From Polyangiaceae bacterium (GTDB taxonomy: Bacteria; Myxococcota_A; Polyangia; Polyangiales; Polyangiaceae), in the NCBI GenBank assembly GCA_965222375.1, contig CBDCTZ010000005.1:480001-544000 (forward strand): a stretch of 64,000 nt of DNA, read 5' to 3'. Every line of letters starts with the position of its first letter. Position 1 is the first letter of the stretch. The notes beneath the pieces were generated by a model that saw only the letters and a program-made list of their open reading frames with translations, ran no database searches and was not told where the DNA came from. A program made the position numbers and the translations under genes. Positions 9,012 through 18,673 of the stretch are shown here, in pieces.

Positions 9012-10537
9012 CGGAGATTGTGTCTGGGGCGGACCTGTCCGAGGACCTTTCTCTAGACACAGATGTGGTGGTCATCGGCTCCGGAGCCGGTGGCGCCGTG
9101 GTCGCTGCGGTTCTGGCCGAAGCGGGGCAGCGGGTCGTCATCCTGGAAGAAGGCCCCCACGTGCCTCCAGAGCGCTACGCGAAAATGCGCCCGACTGAGC
9201 ACATGCGGCATATGTGGCGGGACGGCGGCCTCACCTTCGCGGTCGGCCTGGGGGACACGCCCATGATCAACGTGATGATGGGAAAGTGTGTGGGCGGCTC
9301 CAGTGCGCTCACCGGTGGCGTTTGTTTCCGGATCCCAGGCCACATTCTGCACGAATGGTCCAACGACCTGGGCCTGACGGACCTGACTGAAGAGAAGATG
9401 CAATCCTGCTTCGAGACCGTCGAACGGGACGTGCACGTTGAGGAAGTGCCCCGAGACATACGCTCTCGGTCCACATCGCTGTTCGTGGAAGGCGCCGAGC
9501 GGCTCGGCTACGCGACGAAACCGGTGCGCCGCAACACCAAGGGTTGCAAAGGCTGCGGGCGCTGCAACTTCGGATGCCCCGAGGGCGCAAAGCTCAGCGT
9601 CGACATCACCTACCTACCCCGAGCCCTGGCCGCAGGCGCGTCGCTGTTCGCAGACTGCAGCGTCGAGGGGATCGAGAGAGACGGCGGCCGCGCCGTGGGC
9701 GTCCGTGGACGGCTCCTAGGCGGCCCCCGCCGAAAGCCCCAAGGTCGCTTTCACGTGCGGGCACGACGCGTCGTCGTCGCAGCCGGAGCCTACGCCTCAC
9801 CGCTGCTCTTGATGCGCAACGGCATAGGCGCCCGCTCCGGTCAGGTGGGAAAGAATCTCACGGTGCATCCGGCGTTCCGAGTGATGGCACGCTTCGACGA
9901 GCCGGTGCGTGGTTGGCAAGGTGCGCTTCAGAGCGCATACACGGACGCCTTCGAGGCGGATCGCATCACCATGGTGGGCCTCTTCGTGCCTCCCGGCGTG
10001 TTGGCGGCCACCATGCCGGGTGTGGGGCAGTCCTTGGCACGTCGTGCTGCAACCATCCCGCACTTGAGCATTTTCGGAGGGATGATTCACGACGACGGCG
10101 GCGGCGAAATCCGAGACCGGCCCCTCGTCGGTCCGCTGATGACCTACCGGATGAGCGCGCGAGACCGCGCCACGGTGCCGGTGCTGATGCGGCGCATGGC
10201 GGAGATCTACTTCGCAGCCGGTGCCAAGGAGGTCTTCTTGCCCATCTTGGGTCTCGGAGGCATCGATGCGGACCGACTCCGCACATTGGATCTCGAGCAC
10301 ATCAAAGGTAGTCAGCTGGAGTGTGGCTCCCAGCATCCGCTCGGTACCTGCCGCATGGGAGTGGCACCCGGCGACTCCGTGGTCGACCCTTTCGGAGAGA
10401 CCTGGGACCTGAGGGATCTCTATGTAGCGGACGGCAGCATCATCCCCACGAGTCTGGGAGTGAATCCGCAGCTGTCGATCATGACCATGGCGATGAGAAT
10501 CGCGTGGCACCTGCGCGAAACGCCACTACCTGCCTGA
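9008..10537 (+). CDS. GMC family FAD oxidoreductase
   Basis: VVIGSGAGG FAD motif, GKCVGGSS, CKGCGRCNFGC, VGKNL..HP, HPLGTCRMG, DGSIIPTSLGVNPQ. Confidence 0.92.
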   Translation: MTEIVSGADLSEDLSLDTDVVVIGSGAGGAVVAAVLAEAGQRVVILEEGPHVPPERYAKMRPTEHMRHMWRDGGLTFAVGLGDTPMINVMMGKCVGGSSALTGGVCFRIPGHILHEWSNDLGLTDLTEEKMQSCFETVERDVHVEEVPRDIRSRSTSLFVEGAERLGYATKPVRRNTKGCKGCGRCNFGCPEGAKLSVDITYLPRALAAGASLFADCSVEGIERDGGRAVGVRGRLLGGPRRKPQGRFHVRARRVVVAAGAYASPLLLMRNGIGARSGQVGKNLTVHPAFRVMARFDEPVRGWQGALQSAYTDAFEADRITMVGLFVPPGVLAATMPGVGQSLARRAATIPHLSIFGGMIHDDGGGEIRDRPLVGPLMTYRMSARDRATVPVLMRRMAEIYFAAGAKEVFLPILGLGGIDADRLRTLDLEHIKGSQLECGSQHPLGTCRMGVAPGDSVVDPFGETWDLRDLYVADGSIIPTSLGVNPQLSIMTMAMRIAWHLRETPLPA

Positions 10538-10636
10538 CGGCAACGGCGTGGCGCTTGCTTGGAAGGCCATTACCCGCCTGGGAGCTGCAATTCTTGCCGC
10601 CTTTACCAACCGGCGGATCGTGCCCACACTAGGCGT

Positions 10637-11908
10637 ATGGCTCTACCCCGCCGCACGCTGTTGAAGTGGAGTGGCGCGGCCATCGCGGCCGCCCTGCCCG
10701 TTCCCTTCGTGCTGGCGAAGCGGCGCAGCGTGCCCAAAACTCTCAGCGCCGATCCGAAAGGAGTTTTGGATCTAGCGGCAGGGCTCAGCTATCAGGTGTT
10801 GAGCCGCACGGGAGAGTCCATGGCGGATGGCTATCGAGTGCCAGGATTGCCCGACGGCATGGCCTGCTTCGCGCAAGGAAAAAGCCGCCTGGTACTGATG
10901 CGCAACCACGAGATCGGGCGCTACCTCGGCCAGGGCGCTGCGCGGCCCGGGCAGAAGCCGCCCAAGGAGGCCTTCGACGCCAGCGCCCATGGCGGGGTGA
11001 CTCGCATCGTGCTCGACACCAAAAGCGGAAAGAAGCTCAGCGAAAACCTCGTCCTCACCGGCACCCTGCGCAATTGCGCGGGCGGCACCAGCCCTTGGGG
11101 CTGGCTGTCCTGCGAGGAGTCCATGGAGGACGGTCATGGCTACGTCTTCCTGTGCCGCCCGGAAGCCGAGAGCGTTCGCGCGCCGGAGCAACTGCTCGGC
11201 TATGGGCGCATGAACCACGAAGCGGCCGTGGTCGATCCAAAGACCCTCGTGGCCTACCTCAGCGAGGACCGAAGCGACAGCTGCCTGTACCGCTTCGTAC
11301 CCCACAGCCCCCAACATCCCTTCCGCGGCAAGCTCCAAGCCATGCGCCTCGTTGGCCGCCCGCGCTTCAACACGGCTCGGGGGATGAAGCTAGGCGAGAA
11401 GCTGGCCGTAGATTGGGTGGACATCCCGCAGCCCAACCCCAAGCAAGACACGGTGCGCAAACAAGCGCACGAACTCGGCGCCGCGAAGATCCGGCGCGGT
11501 GAAGGTCTGGCCATTCACGGCGGCCGTGTCTACCTGGTGTCGACGACCGGCGGCGCCGCGGGCGTGGGCCAGATATTCTTGCTTGATCCGGCAGCAGCCA
11601 AATTCAGCTTGGTAGCCGAGTCGCCCGGGGAGAGCGCTTTGGACTGTCCCGACAACATCACCATCGCCCCCTGGGGCGACATCATCGTTGCCGAAGACGG
11701 AAGCGCTGACCAATTCCTGCGTGGCATCACGCCCGAGGGTCACGTTTACGATATTGCGCGAAACGCAGGCAGCCGGGGCGAACTGGCCGGCGTGTGCTTT
11801 TCCCCTGACGGCAGCGTGCTATTCGTCAACCTGCAGCGCGAAGGGCTCACCCTCGCGATTCGCGGCGACGTAAAGGCTGTACGCAAGCGCGCGCGCCCCA
11901 TGGCCTAG
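10637..11908 (+). CDS. phoX: PhoX/DUF839 family alkaline phosphatase, Tat-exported
   Basis: Tat signal RRTLLK; PDGM, RNHE, NCAGG..PWGWLSCEE, GRMNHEAA, RGEG, PDNI, AEDG, ELAGVCFSPDG. Confidence 0.85.
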   Translation: MALPRRTLLKWSGAAIAAALPVPFVLAKRRSVPKTLSADPKGVLDLAAGLSYQVLSRTGESMADGYRVPGLPDGMACFAQGKSRLVLMRNHEIGRYLGQGAARPGQKPPKEAFDASAHGGVTRIVLDTKSGKKLSENLVLTGTLRNCAGGTSPWGWLSCEESMEDGHGYVFLCRPEAESVRAPEQLLGYGRMNHEAAVVDPKTLVAYLSEDRSDSCLYRFVPHSPQHPFRGKLQAMRLVGRPRFNTARGMKLGEKLAVDWVDIPQPNPKQDTVRKQAHELGAAKIRRGEGLAIHGGRVYLVSTTGGAAGVGQIFLLDPAAAKFSLVAESPGESALDCPDNITIAPWGDIIVAEDGSADQFLRGITPEGHVYDIARNAGSRGELAGVCFSPDGSVLFVNLQREGLTLAIRGDVKAVRKRARPMA

Positions 11909-11919
11909 CCACTGCGGGT

Positions 11920-12492
11920 CTAGCCAGAGCTCGGAACCGCGGACTCGAGCCCCTCGGCGACGGTCTCGAACGCAATGTGCTTTCGAACGGCTTGTGCAGA
12001 TTGGAGCTGGGTGTGACGCAGAAGACTCATGATTGCGCAGTCTGCGACGGCGAACATCGCCGCCTGCACCACGCTGCTTGGAACGAGCGCTGCGGCCTCA
12101 GGGTCGGCGGCGGATTCCAGCGCTAGAACCACAGCGGATAGCGCCGTGGCGCTAGCCGGATCCGGCAGCTCGATCGCCTTGAGTCGAGCCACCTTCGCTG
12201 GCAGTTCGGCCCAGTCCATCTCCCCTCGGGCGCAAGCCTCCAGGTTGTCGAGAGCGCGGGACGCCTCGGCGGAGTCGTCGAGCCACTCCAAACCGAGACG
12301 GGCGCACGCCGCTGCCGCAAGCGACCGCTGCTCGAGTGGCACGCCTGCTCGCACGGCGATGGCGAGCAGCCAGTCTCCCCGAGGGCACTCCGAGAACGCG
12401 CGCTGGAAATCCGTGTCGTAGCTCTCGGCCCAGGTCACGACATCGTGGTGAGCGCCCTGCCGTTGTAGGTATTCTGCCACCCGTTGCTGCAT
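11920..12492 (-). CDS. Hypothetical helical protein
   Basis: Plausible 190-aa ORF containing CPRGDWLLAIA; no family recognised. Confidence 0.65.
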   Translation of the reverse strand: MQQRVAEYLQRQGAHHDVVTWAESYDTDFQRAFSECPRGDWLLAIAVRAGVPLEQRSLAAAACARLGLEWLDDSAEASRALDNLEACARGEMDWAELPAKVARLKAIELPDPASATALSAVVLALESAADPEAAALVPSSVVQAAMFAVADCAIMSLLRHTQLQSAQAVRKHIAFETVAEGLESAVPSSG

Positions 12493-13339
12493 GAGCTCCG
12501 CGTCAACCTACCACGGCATCGACCTGCACTACGCCTGCGACCCCTCCGCCTTGCAGCGTGAGCTCCGGCTGCGCCTGAGGGAGCTATCTCTGGATGACGA
12601 AACACGCGGGTTCGTCGACTCGGCTCCCCGGCGCCGCCATGGCTGGCTGGTCTCCACCGTGCACCGGGGCTTGCGCCCCTTCTTGTCGGATTTCGACATC
12701 AACGGTTTGCTTGGCACCTATCCGCTATTTCTGTTGAGCAGAGCCCAGTGGCGGCAGCTGCTCGGCAGCGCTCCAGACCTGAGCGCCCTGGACATCGGCG
12801 CCGCCGCTGGCGACGTGACCCAGCGCTTCGCTCCGCTCTTCGGCGATGTGCTGACGACCGAGACCTCTCGGCCTATGGCGCGACGTTTGCGTCGACGCGG
12901 GATGCGATGCGAGGTGATCGACGCGTGCCAAGCACGGCTCCCAGGCGAACCCTACGATGTCGTGTTTTGTCTCAACGTGATTGACCGCTGCGATCGTCCC
13001 AAATCCTTGTTGCGCTCCGCTCTCGGCGCAGTGCGGCCTGGCGGCAGATTGGTTGTGGCGGCGCCACTTCCCTTGGCGCCGTTCGTCTACGACGGAGGCG
13101 CAACACGTGCGCCGAAGGAACCCATCGTCGCCGACGGCCCCAACTGGGAAACCTGCGTGGGGCGTCTGTGGCGCAACGTGCTCGAGCCCCTCGGCGGGAA
13201 CCTGATTTCCCTCACGCGCGCGCCCTACCTGTCCATGGGCGACAGCCGCAGTGCAATCTACGTCCTAGACGATGCCGTGTGGGTGATCCACCGACCTGCG
13301 GGCCCGGAGCGACTCGACGACGCCCCTCAAAGGCTCTAG
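12491..13339 (+). CDS. Class I SAM methyltransferase, METTL9/DREV-like
   Basis: DINGLLG..PLFLLS..QW, LDIGAAAGDVT, TETSRPM, YDVVFCLNVIDRCDRP, PYLSMGD....YVLDDAVWV. Confidence 0.8.
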   Translation: MSSASTYHGIDLHYACDPSALQRELRLRLRELSLDDETRGFVDSAPRRRHGWLVSTVHRGLRPFLSDFDINGLLGTYPLFLLSRAQWRQLLGSAPDLSALDIGAAAGDVTQRFAPLFGDVLTTETSRPMARRLRRRGMRCEVIDACQARLPGEPYDVVFCLNVIDRCDRPKSLLRSALGAVRPGGRLVVAAPLPLAPFVYDGGATRAPKEPIVADGPNWETCVGRLWRNVLEPLGGNLISLTRAPYLSMGDSRSAIYVLDDAVWVIHRPAGPERLDDAPQRL

Positions 13340-13349
13340 TCTTGAGCCC

Positions 13350-14840
13350 ATGGCACTTGGGACACGAAGCAGCTTGGTGTTGGCAGGGTTGATGGGAGCG
13401 CTGGCTCTGGCCTGTGGCAGTGAGGATGGCGCCAGCGGCCCCGGCGGCACCGGTGGTTCAGGCGCAGTTGGGGGCAGCGGCGGCGGTAGCGCAGGCACCG
13501 CAACCGGTGGCGGCGCGGGTACGGGCACCGGCGGCGGCGCTGGATCCACGAGCCAGCGCCCGGCCTACGACACCAAGGCTGCCGAGCGAGATTCCTGCAC
13601 CTTCGGCCCGGGCGCCAAGACCACGGAGACCATTGGGCCTGAGGTGCCCCACGGCGACGCCCTGCCCTTCGAGCACATCGTGGTGCTGATGATGGAGAAC
13701 CGAAGCTTCGACCACTACTTCTCGAAGCTTCCCGAATACGGGGTCACAGACGTCAAGGTCGCGAAGGACACGGACTTCAACCTCGACCCGAGCACGAACC
13801 CGCCCACGAAAATCGAGCGCTACCACGAGACTCGCTACTGCATCGAGGACGTGAACCACGAGTGGAACGGCGTCCACTTCCAGTATGACGACGGCAAGAT
13901 GAGCGGCTTCGTGTCCACGAGCAATCCCGGTGGTGGGCGCGCCATGGGCTACCACGACGAGACGGACATTCCCTACTTCTACTGGCTTGCGAAGAACTTC
14001 GGGATCAGCGACGCACATTACTGTGACTTGCTAGGGCCCACTTGGCCGAACCGCTTCTTCTTCTACGGCGGTACAGCCTGGGGCAACACCAAGACCGGCG
14101 ACTTGGCGTTCTTGAATCTGCCGTTCTTGGACAATGACCGCCATTCCAAGGCGGACAAGCTCATGGACCAGATGGAAGCCGCAGGGCGCACCTGGAAAAT
14201 CTATCGCGACGGCCTCGTATCTTTCGCAGTCGTATTCAAGCAAAACAGCGCCTACTTCGGCAGCCCGACCTCCGAGTTCGAAGCGGACGTCGACAACGAC
14301 GCGCTGCCGAACCTGGTCCTTCTGGATCCGAGCTTCACGGGTAGCGGCCAGAACGACGACCACCCTCCTGCCAACCTTCAGAAGGGGCAAGAGTACGTGG
14401 AGCGCGTGCTTGGCAAACTCATGAGCAAGCCCGAGGTCTGGAAGAAGACGGTGTTCTTCCTGATCTACGACGAGCACGGTGGCTACTACGACCACGTTCC
14501 GCCCCCCGCAGCCTGCGAACCCGACAACTGGGTACCTCAGGACTGGAAGTTCGATCGACTCGGGATCCGGACGCCGCTGATCGTAGCGTCACCCTTCGTC
14601 AAGCCGGGCTACGTGAGCCACATCACGACGAGTCTGACCAGTGTCACCCGATTCATCCAAAACCGATTCGACTTGCCCGCCATGACCATCCGAGACGCCA
14701 ACGTCTGGCCCATGCTGGACATGTTCGACTTCGACAACCCGCCCCTGGTCACGCCGCCCACGGGTGCGCCTTCGGCCAAGGCTGACCCCGCGGGCGTGCA
14801 GTGGTGCCAGAACAACCCGCCAGGCACCGGGTTGCCCTGA
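13350..14840 (+). CDS. Phosphoesterase / non-specific phospholipase C family lipoprotein
   Basis: Lipobox LALAC; EHIVVLMMENRSFDHY, GPTWPNR, NDDHPP, YDEHGGYYDHV, GIRTP...SPF. Confidence 0.9.
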   Translation: MALGTRSSLVLAGLMGALALACGSEDGASGPGGTGGSGAVGGSGGGSAGTATGGGAGTGTGGGAGSTSQRPAYDTKAAERDSCTFGPGAKTTETIGPEVPHGDALPFEHIVVLMMENRSFDHYFSKLPEYGVTDVKVAKDTDFNLDPSTNPPTKIERYHETRYCIEDVNHEWNGVHFQYDDGKMSGFVSTSNPGGGRAMGYHDETDIPYFYWLAKNFGISDAHYCDLLGPTWPNRFFFYGGTAWGNTKTGDLAFLNLPFLDNDRHSKADKLMDQMEAAGRTWKIYRDGLVSFAVVFKQNSAYFGSPTSEFEADVDNDALPNLVLLDPSFTGSGQNDDHPPANLQKGQEYVERVLGKLMSKPEVWKKTVFFLIYDEHGGYYDHVPPPAACEPDNWVPQDWKFDRLGIRTPLIVASPFVKPGYVSHITTSLTSVTRFIQNRFDLPAMTIRDANVWPMLDMFDFDNPPLVTPPTGAPSAKADPAGVQWCQNNPPGTGLP

Positions 14841-14847
14841 CGCGCCG

Positions 14848-15582
14848 CTAGAAGTGATAGTCGATGGTGTAGGTCGTGCAGGCGTTCGCCTCGGTGACCC
14901 GCACGAACACTTCCGCGGAATCATTGTCCGTCGGAGTCCCGGTGCAGTCGTGATCCGCCTCGACTTCGCCCGGAGCCGTGATGCAGCAGCCCTTCAGGCC
15001 ACCCTGGATCGATTCCACGGTGCCGGATTTACACCCCTGGAGCACTGTTGCAGCCGGACAGCTCGGGAAGATGCAGAGCTTGAAGCCTGAGTCGTCGGTT
15101 TTCGCGGTGGCGTTGACCTGGCAGAAGCCGAGTTTGTCGACGCCGTCAAAGCGGTGATAGTCGATGTCGCCGGGGCCGGTGGTACCCATGATCGGCGCCA
15201 GCTTACCCTTGAACCCTGTCGACCCCGTGTCGTCGCAATCCTCGGCTTCGCAAGGGAAGGCGCCGCAAGCAGGGCTCGCGAGCGGAATGCTGTCATTCGG
15301 TTCCGGCCCCGGGTCGTTGCAGCTATTGCCACCTGTGCCAGCGCCGGCGCTTCCACCGCTGGCGCCGCCTGCGCCGGCACTGCCGCCCGTAGTGGCTCCG
15401 GACGCGCCGCTCGTGCCACCACTGCTGCCCGCGCTGCCAGAGGCACCTCCAGAACCGGAGGACGCCGCCTGTCCACCGCTGCCGCCGCTGGCCGTCGCGG
15501 GATCGGCGTCGCTTCCGCAACCCTGGGTCAATAGCAGGGTCGAGCTGAGGGACAGGACGAGGGCAGTGGCTCCGACACGCAT
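14848..15582 (-). CDS. Gly-tethered Cys-rich lipoprotein
   Basis: GGAGG RBS then ATG 15582; lipobox TQGC; Gly/Ser linker; EPND motif; many Cys. Confidence 0.8.
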   Translation of the reverse strand: MRVGATALVLSLSSTLLLTQGCGSDADPATASGGSGGQAASSGSGGASGSAGSSGGTSGASGATTGGSAGAGGASGGSAGAGTGGNSCNDPGPEPNDSIPLASPACGAFPCEAEDCDDTGSTGFKGKLAPIMGTTGPGDIDYHRFDGVDKLGFCQVNATAKTDDSGFKLCIFPSCPAATVLQGCKSGTVESIQGGLKGCCITAPGEVEADHDCTGTPTDNDSAEVFVRVTEANACTTYTIDYHF

Positions 15583-15713
15583 GGGTACCTCCAAAGCAAT
15601 GCCCGCTCAGCTTATCACGCCCGCCCGAGCACACCGGTCGACGGCGAAAAGCCCTGGGCCGAAGGAAAAAACTCACATATTTCCGGAATCCCGACCCGCA
15701 CCCGCTGTAGATC

Positions 15714-17399
15714 ATGGCCATGAGCCGAGTGCGGAGCACCCTGCCCATTGCGCTTGGGGCGCTGATCGCGGTCGCTGCCGCGGTTGCGTTCTGGCTGGCG
15801 GGGCGCCAGCAGAGCGACAAGCTGCCCGGAGCAGCCCCGCCGCCGGTCTCGAGGACGGTCATGCGCTTCGTCGACTGCATGCTGCCACGGGCGGGACCCG
15901 ACAACTTCCGCGAACGAGTGCTGCTTGCGCCCCGCTCCCACCGAGTACTGGAGGCTTGTCAGCAGGTCCTCCAGCACGTCCGCCGTCAGCTGGCGGCGCC
16001 TGCCGCTCACGAAAAGCTCCAAGCGCTGCTGCCGAGACTCGAAGGCCTGCCCTTCGAACTCACGGCAGGTGAGCTGGCGACCAAGGTCGATCTCGACACG
16101 GTCAATACAGCCCTGCTGGACGCTCGGCGTGAGGTCTGCCGCCAACAACCCGCATCCGCCGCTTGCGCCCCGCGAGCACAAGCGGCGCTGCCCTCCGCCC
16201 TGCAGGTATTCGACGTGACTTTGCCCGAACCTGCACAGGGCAAGATCGAGTTCGCCAGCCATACGTCCCGGGACGGCTCGGCGACCTTGGCGCTGCTGAC
16301 CTTGGGCCGCGCCGGCGCGGCGCGGGCTTGGATCGCTCATTCCGTCGACGGCGGCAAGAACTGGGACACCGACAAGTACGATCTGCCCCCGGTGCCTGGC
16401 ACCAAGCACGTCATCCTGCGCGCTGTCGAAAAACACTGGCTGGTCGTGTTGCGTGAGCACGACAGCGGCGAGAGTCTGGACGCCCTTCGGTTCGAAGACA
16501 CGAAACTCGAACCCAAAGCACGCCTCGGCCTGCCGAAAGGGCAGCGCTTCGTTCGAGTGGGGGCGATCGCTGCGCAGGTTCGCACGACAGATCAAAGCTG
16601 GGTGGTCGTCGCCGTCCGCGACGACAATGGACAGCGGCCGGTGCGCTTGCACTATTTGAGCGCAGGCGACAAGGTGGACGTCCGCCAGCCTCCGAAGGTG
16701 GGGCTCGCTCCAAGAATCGGGCGAGCTGTCGGTCTGCTATCTGAGCAAGCTCCACGCTTGCTGCTGGAAGACGTTGCGCCGACGGGTTTCTACCGCCTCT
16801 GGCAGGTGGCCATTCCACCGCCCGATGTGGCCTGGCCCGAACCGACCTTCACGACGGTCGCGTACGTCGACGAGCTCAGCCTGGACGGGGCGAACGCGCC
16901 CCGCTGCGGCTTGCCCAACGAACCCTTCGACATCGTCACTGGCCGCGGCCCGAAGAAGGACGCTTTCTTCGCACTCTCCGAGCGCGCCATGTACCCCTTC
17001 AAGTTCGAACCCAAACCAGGCTCCAGCGTCCGCCCGGTGTGCGGGAGCTGCCCGCCTGGCCTGCTGGAAAGAACCAAGGACGGACTCCGGGTCTTTCTAC
17101 CGATCCGCCGCTCTTTGTCGGGCATGACGATCGATCTGGCAGCCGGATACTCGGCCGAAGTCACCCAACCCGTCGGCGTCGGCTGCACCGCGACGAAGCT
17201 GCTGCTTGCCTACCAAGTCGGCGAGGACCTCGTCGTCCAGCCCACCAAGGACGATTCCTGGCGCTACGCGCCCGCGACCATCGTAGCCCGCAAGACCCCC
17301 GTCGCCGATGTCGCCGTCCTCGGCATGCCCAAACGCTCCATCATCACCTGGCGCACCCCGTCCAAGACGCACCTCAAGGTCTATGCGATCGCGCGCTAG
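15714..17399 (+). CDS. Membrane-anchored extracytoplasmic protein with an Asp-box
   Basis: N-terminal TM segment (LPIALGALIAVAAAVAFW); Asp-box HSVDGGKNW. Confidence 0.7.
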   Translation: MAMSRVRSTLPIALGALIAVAAAVAFWLAGRQQSDKLPGAAPPPVSRTVMRFVDCMLPRAGPDNFRERVLLAPRSHRVLEACQQVLQHVRRQLAAPAAHEKLQALLPRLEGLPFELTAGELATKVDLDTVNTALLDARREVCRQQPASAACAPRAQAALPSALQVFDVTLPEPAQGKIEFASHTSRDGSATLALLTLGRAGAARAWIAHSVDGGKNWDTDKYDLPPVPGTKHVILRAVEKHWLVVLREHDSGESLDALRFEDTKLEPKARLGLPKGQRFVRVGAIAAQVRTTDQSWVVVAVRDDNGQRPVRLHYLSAGDKVDVRQPPKVGLAPRIGRAVGLLSEQAPRLLLEDVAPTGFYRLWQVAIPPPDVAWPEPTFTTVAYVDELSLDGANAPRCGLPNEPFDIVTGRGPKKDAFFALSERAMYPFKFEPKPGSSVRPVCGSCPPGLLERTKDGLRVFLPIRRSLSGMTIDLAAGYSAEVTQPVGVGCTATKLLLAYQVGEDLVVQPTKDDSWRYAPATIVARKTPVADVAVLGMPKRSIITWRTPSKTHLKVYAIAR

Positions 17400-17436
17400 G
17401 GCCGCTCTGGAGCATCCGGAGTGATCCAAACAGCCC

Positions 17437-17832
17437 GTGAGTGGGGCGGGCGGGGGCGTCGACGCCGGCGGCGACGGCGCTAGTTGTGTGCCCAGCCCGG
17501 AGGTCTGCAACGGGAAAGACGACGACTGCGACAACCAGATTGACAACGACGCGAGTGACTCTGCGACCTGGTACCAAGACGATGACGGCGACGGCTTCGG
17601 CGTATCCAACACGACCCAGAAGGCATGCACTCAGCCTACCGGGTACGCTGCGCAGCCAGGCGATTGCGTCGACACGGACGCAAACTTCCACCCCAGCGCT
17701 CCCGAAATTGATTGCACAGATCCCAACGACTACAACTGCGACGGCAGCACGGGCTATGCTGATGCCGACAAGGACGGCGTCGCCGCTTGCGTGGACTGCA
17801 ACGATCTGGACCCAGCTATCGGCGCCTGCTGA
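17437..17832 (+). CDS. Cys/Asp-rich 'putative metal-binding motif' repeat protein, probably 5'-truncated
   Basis: PEVCNGKDDDCD, WYQDDDGDGFG, DCVDTDANFHPSAPE, DADKDG repeats; no signal peptide; in-frame TGA at 17422. Confidence 0.65.
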   Translation: MSGAGGGVDAGGDGASCVPSPEVCNGKDDDCDNQIDNDASDSATWYQDDDGDGFGVSNTTQKACTQPTGYAAQPGDCVDTDANFHPSAPEIDCTDPNDYNCDGSTGYADADKDGVAACVDCNDLDPAIGAC

Positions 17833-18179
17833 GAGTCAGTGTCTTCAATCGAGCTCACGAACCGCAGGCTCTGCGGACCGTGGACTACGTCGGAGAATTG
17901 AACCGACGACACAATCGTACACGACAGACCTCGCGCCATGTTGACGCGCTTCGATCCTATCTCTTCGTGGCTTTTTTGGGCGGGCCTTTCGGGTAACGCA
18001 TCTGCACGCACTGGCCGCGGTGCCCGAAGGACTATTCAGGTCACTCAGAACGCGCGGGTGACTGCACGGCACTCAAGGGCGCCGCCAAGCCTATCGGTTC
18101 CAGCCGAAAACGTTTCGAACGAAGTCGTTGAATTCGCCAATCCAGCACGTACCCCGGGTCCACCCATCAGGTCGGACAG

Positions 18180-18369
18180 GAGACTTGCGCCGGCGGCGAA
18201 TTCCATGTGCACGCAACACTAGTCACGATCTAGAGACGCAACGCTTCGCACCATGAAGCCTAAAGTCGGCGTCACAGGAATGCTTACTGACGCGAAATAT
18301 CTCGTGAATCTGCGATCCAGTGCTGAAGGAGAGACTTGACTCACGGGAGTAACCCCAACGGATTTTGAA
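18180..18369. repeat. Distal direct-repeat copy of the tRNA-Leu 3' half plus downstream flank (att site)
   Basis: 18180-18339 aligns ungapped to 23468-23627 (131/160 identical by hand count); after a 3-nt deletion, 18340-18369 is identical to 23631-23660 and ends in the anticodon loop. Confidence 0.92.
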
Positions 18370-18463
18370 AACACGAGCGCTGCACGTAGATGCACGATTT
18401 GTCCGCCATTCTGCACGTTAGCGAGCGGCGACCGTGCACTTGCGTGCTGGTAAGTGCGTGAAG

Positions 18464-18482
18464 GACAGTTCGGGGGACAGCT
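18464..18482 (+). repeat. Putative integrase arm-type site (GACAGTT tandem), left end
   Basis: gacagttcgggggacagct; 17/19 match to the reverse complement of 23382-23400. Confidence 0.65.
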
Positions 18483-18673
18483 CTCACGCTGAACTAGCTC
18501 TGTCGGGAATTTCCCAGAGCGCGGATAAAAGCCAACCCGCCTGCTCGACGTGTCGAGTGACGAGAGGGTCGGGCTGTTCTTCGCTTGTCGAAGCAACCCG
18601 AACGTCGACGGATACGTCTACCCGTTCGTTGGGTAGCCGTTCACGGGTATGACGGCCGGGGTTGGGCGGTGGC

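Noticed and set aside
18219..18596. Similar ORFs at 18219..18596 and 23342..23866 (SALDR...YFASV)
   Set aside because: They read through the tRNA/att duplication; the similarity comes from the DNA repeat, and one copy stops early.
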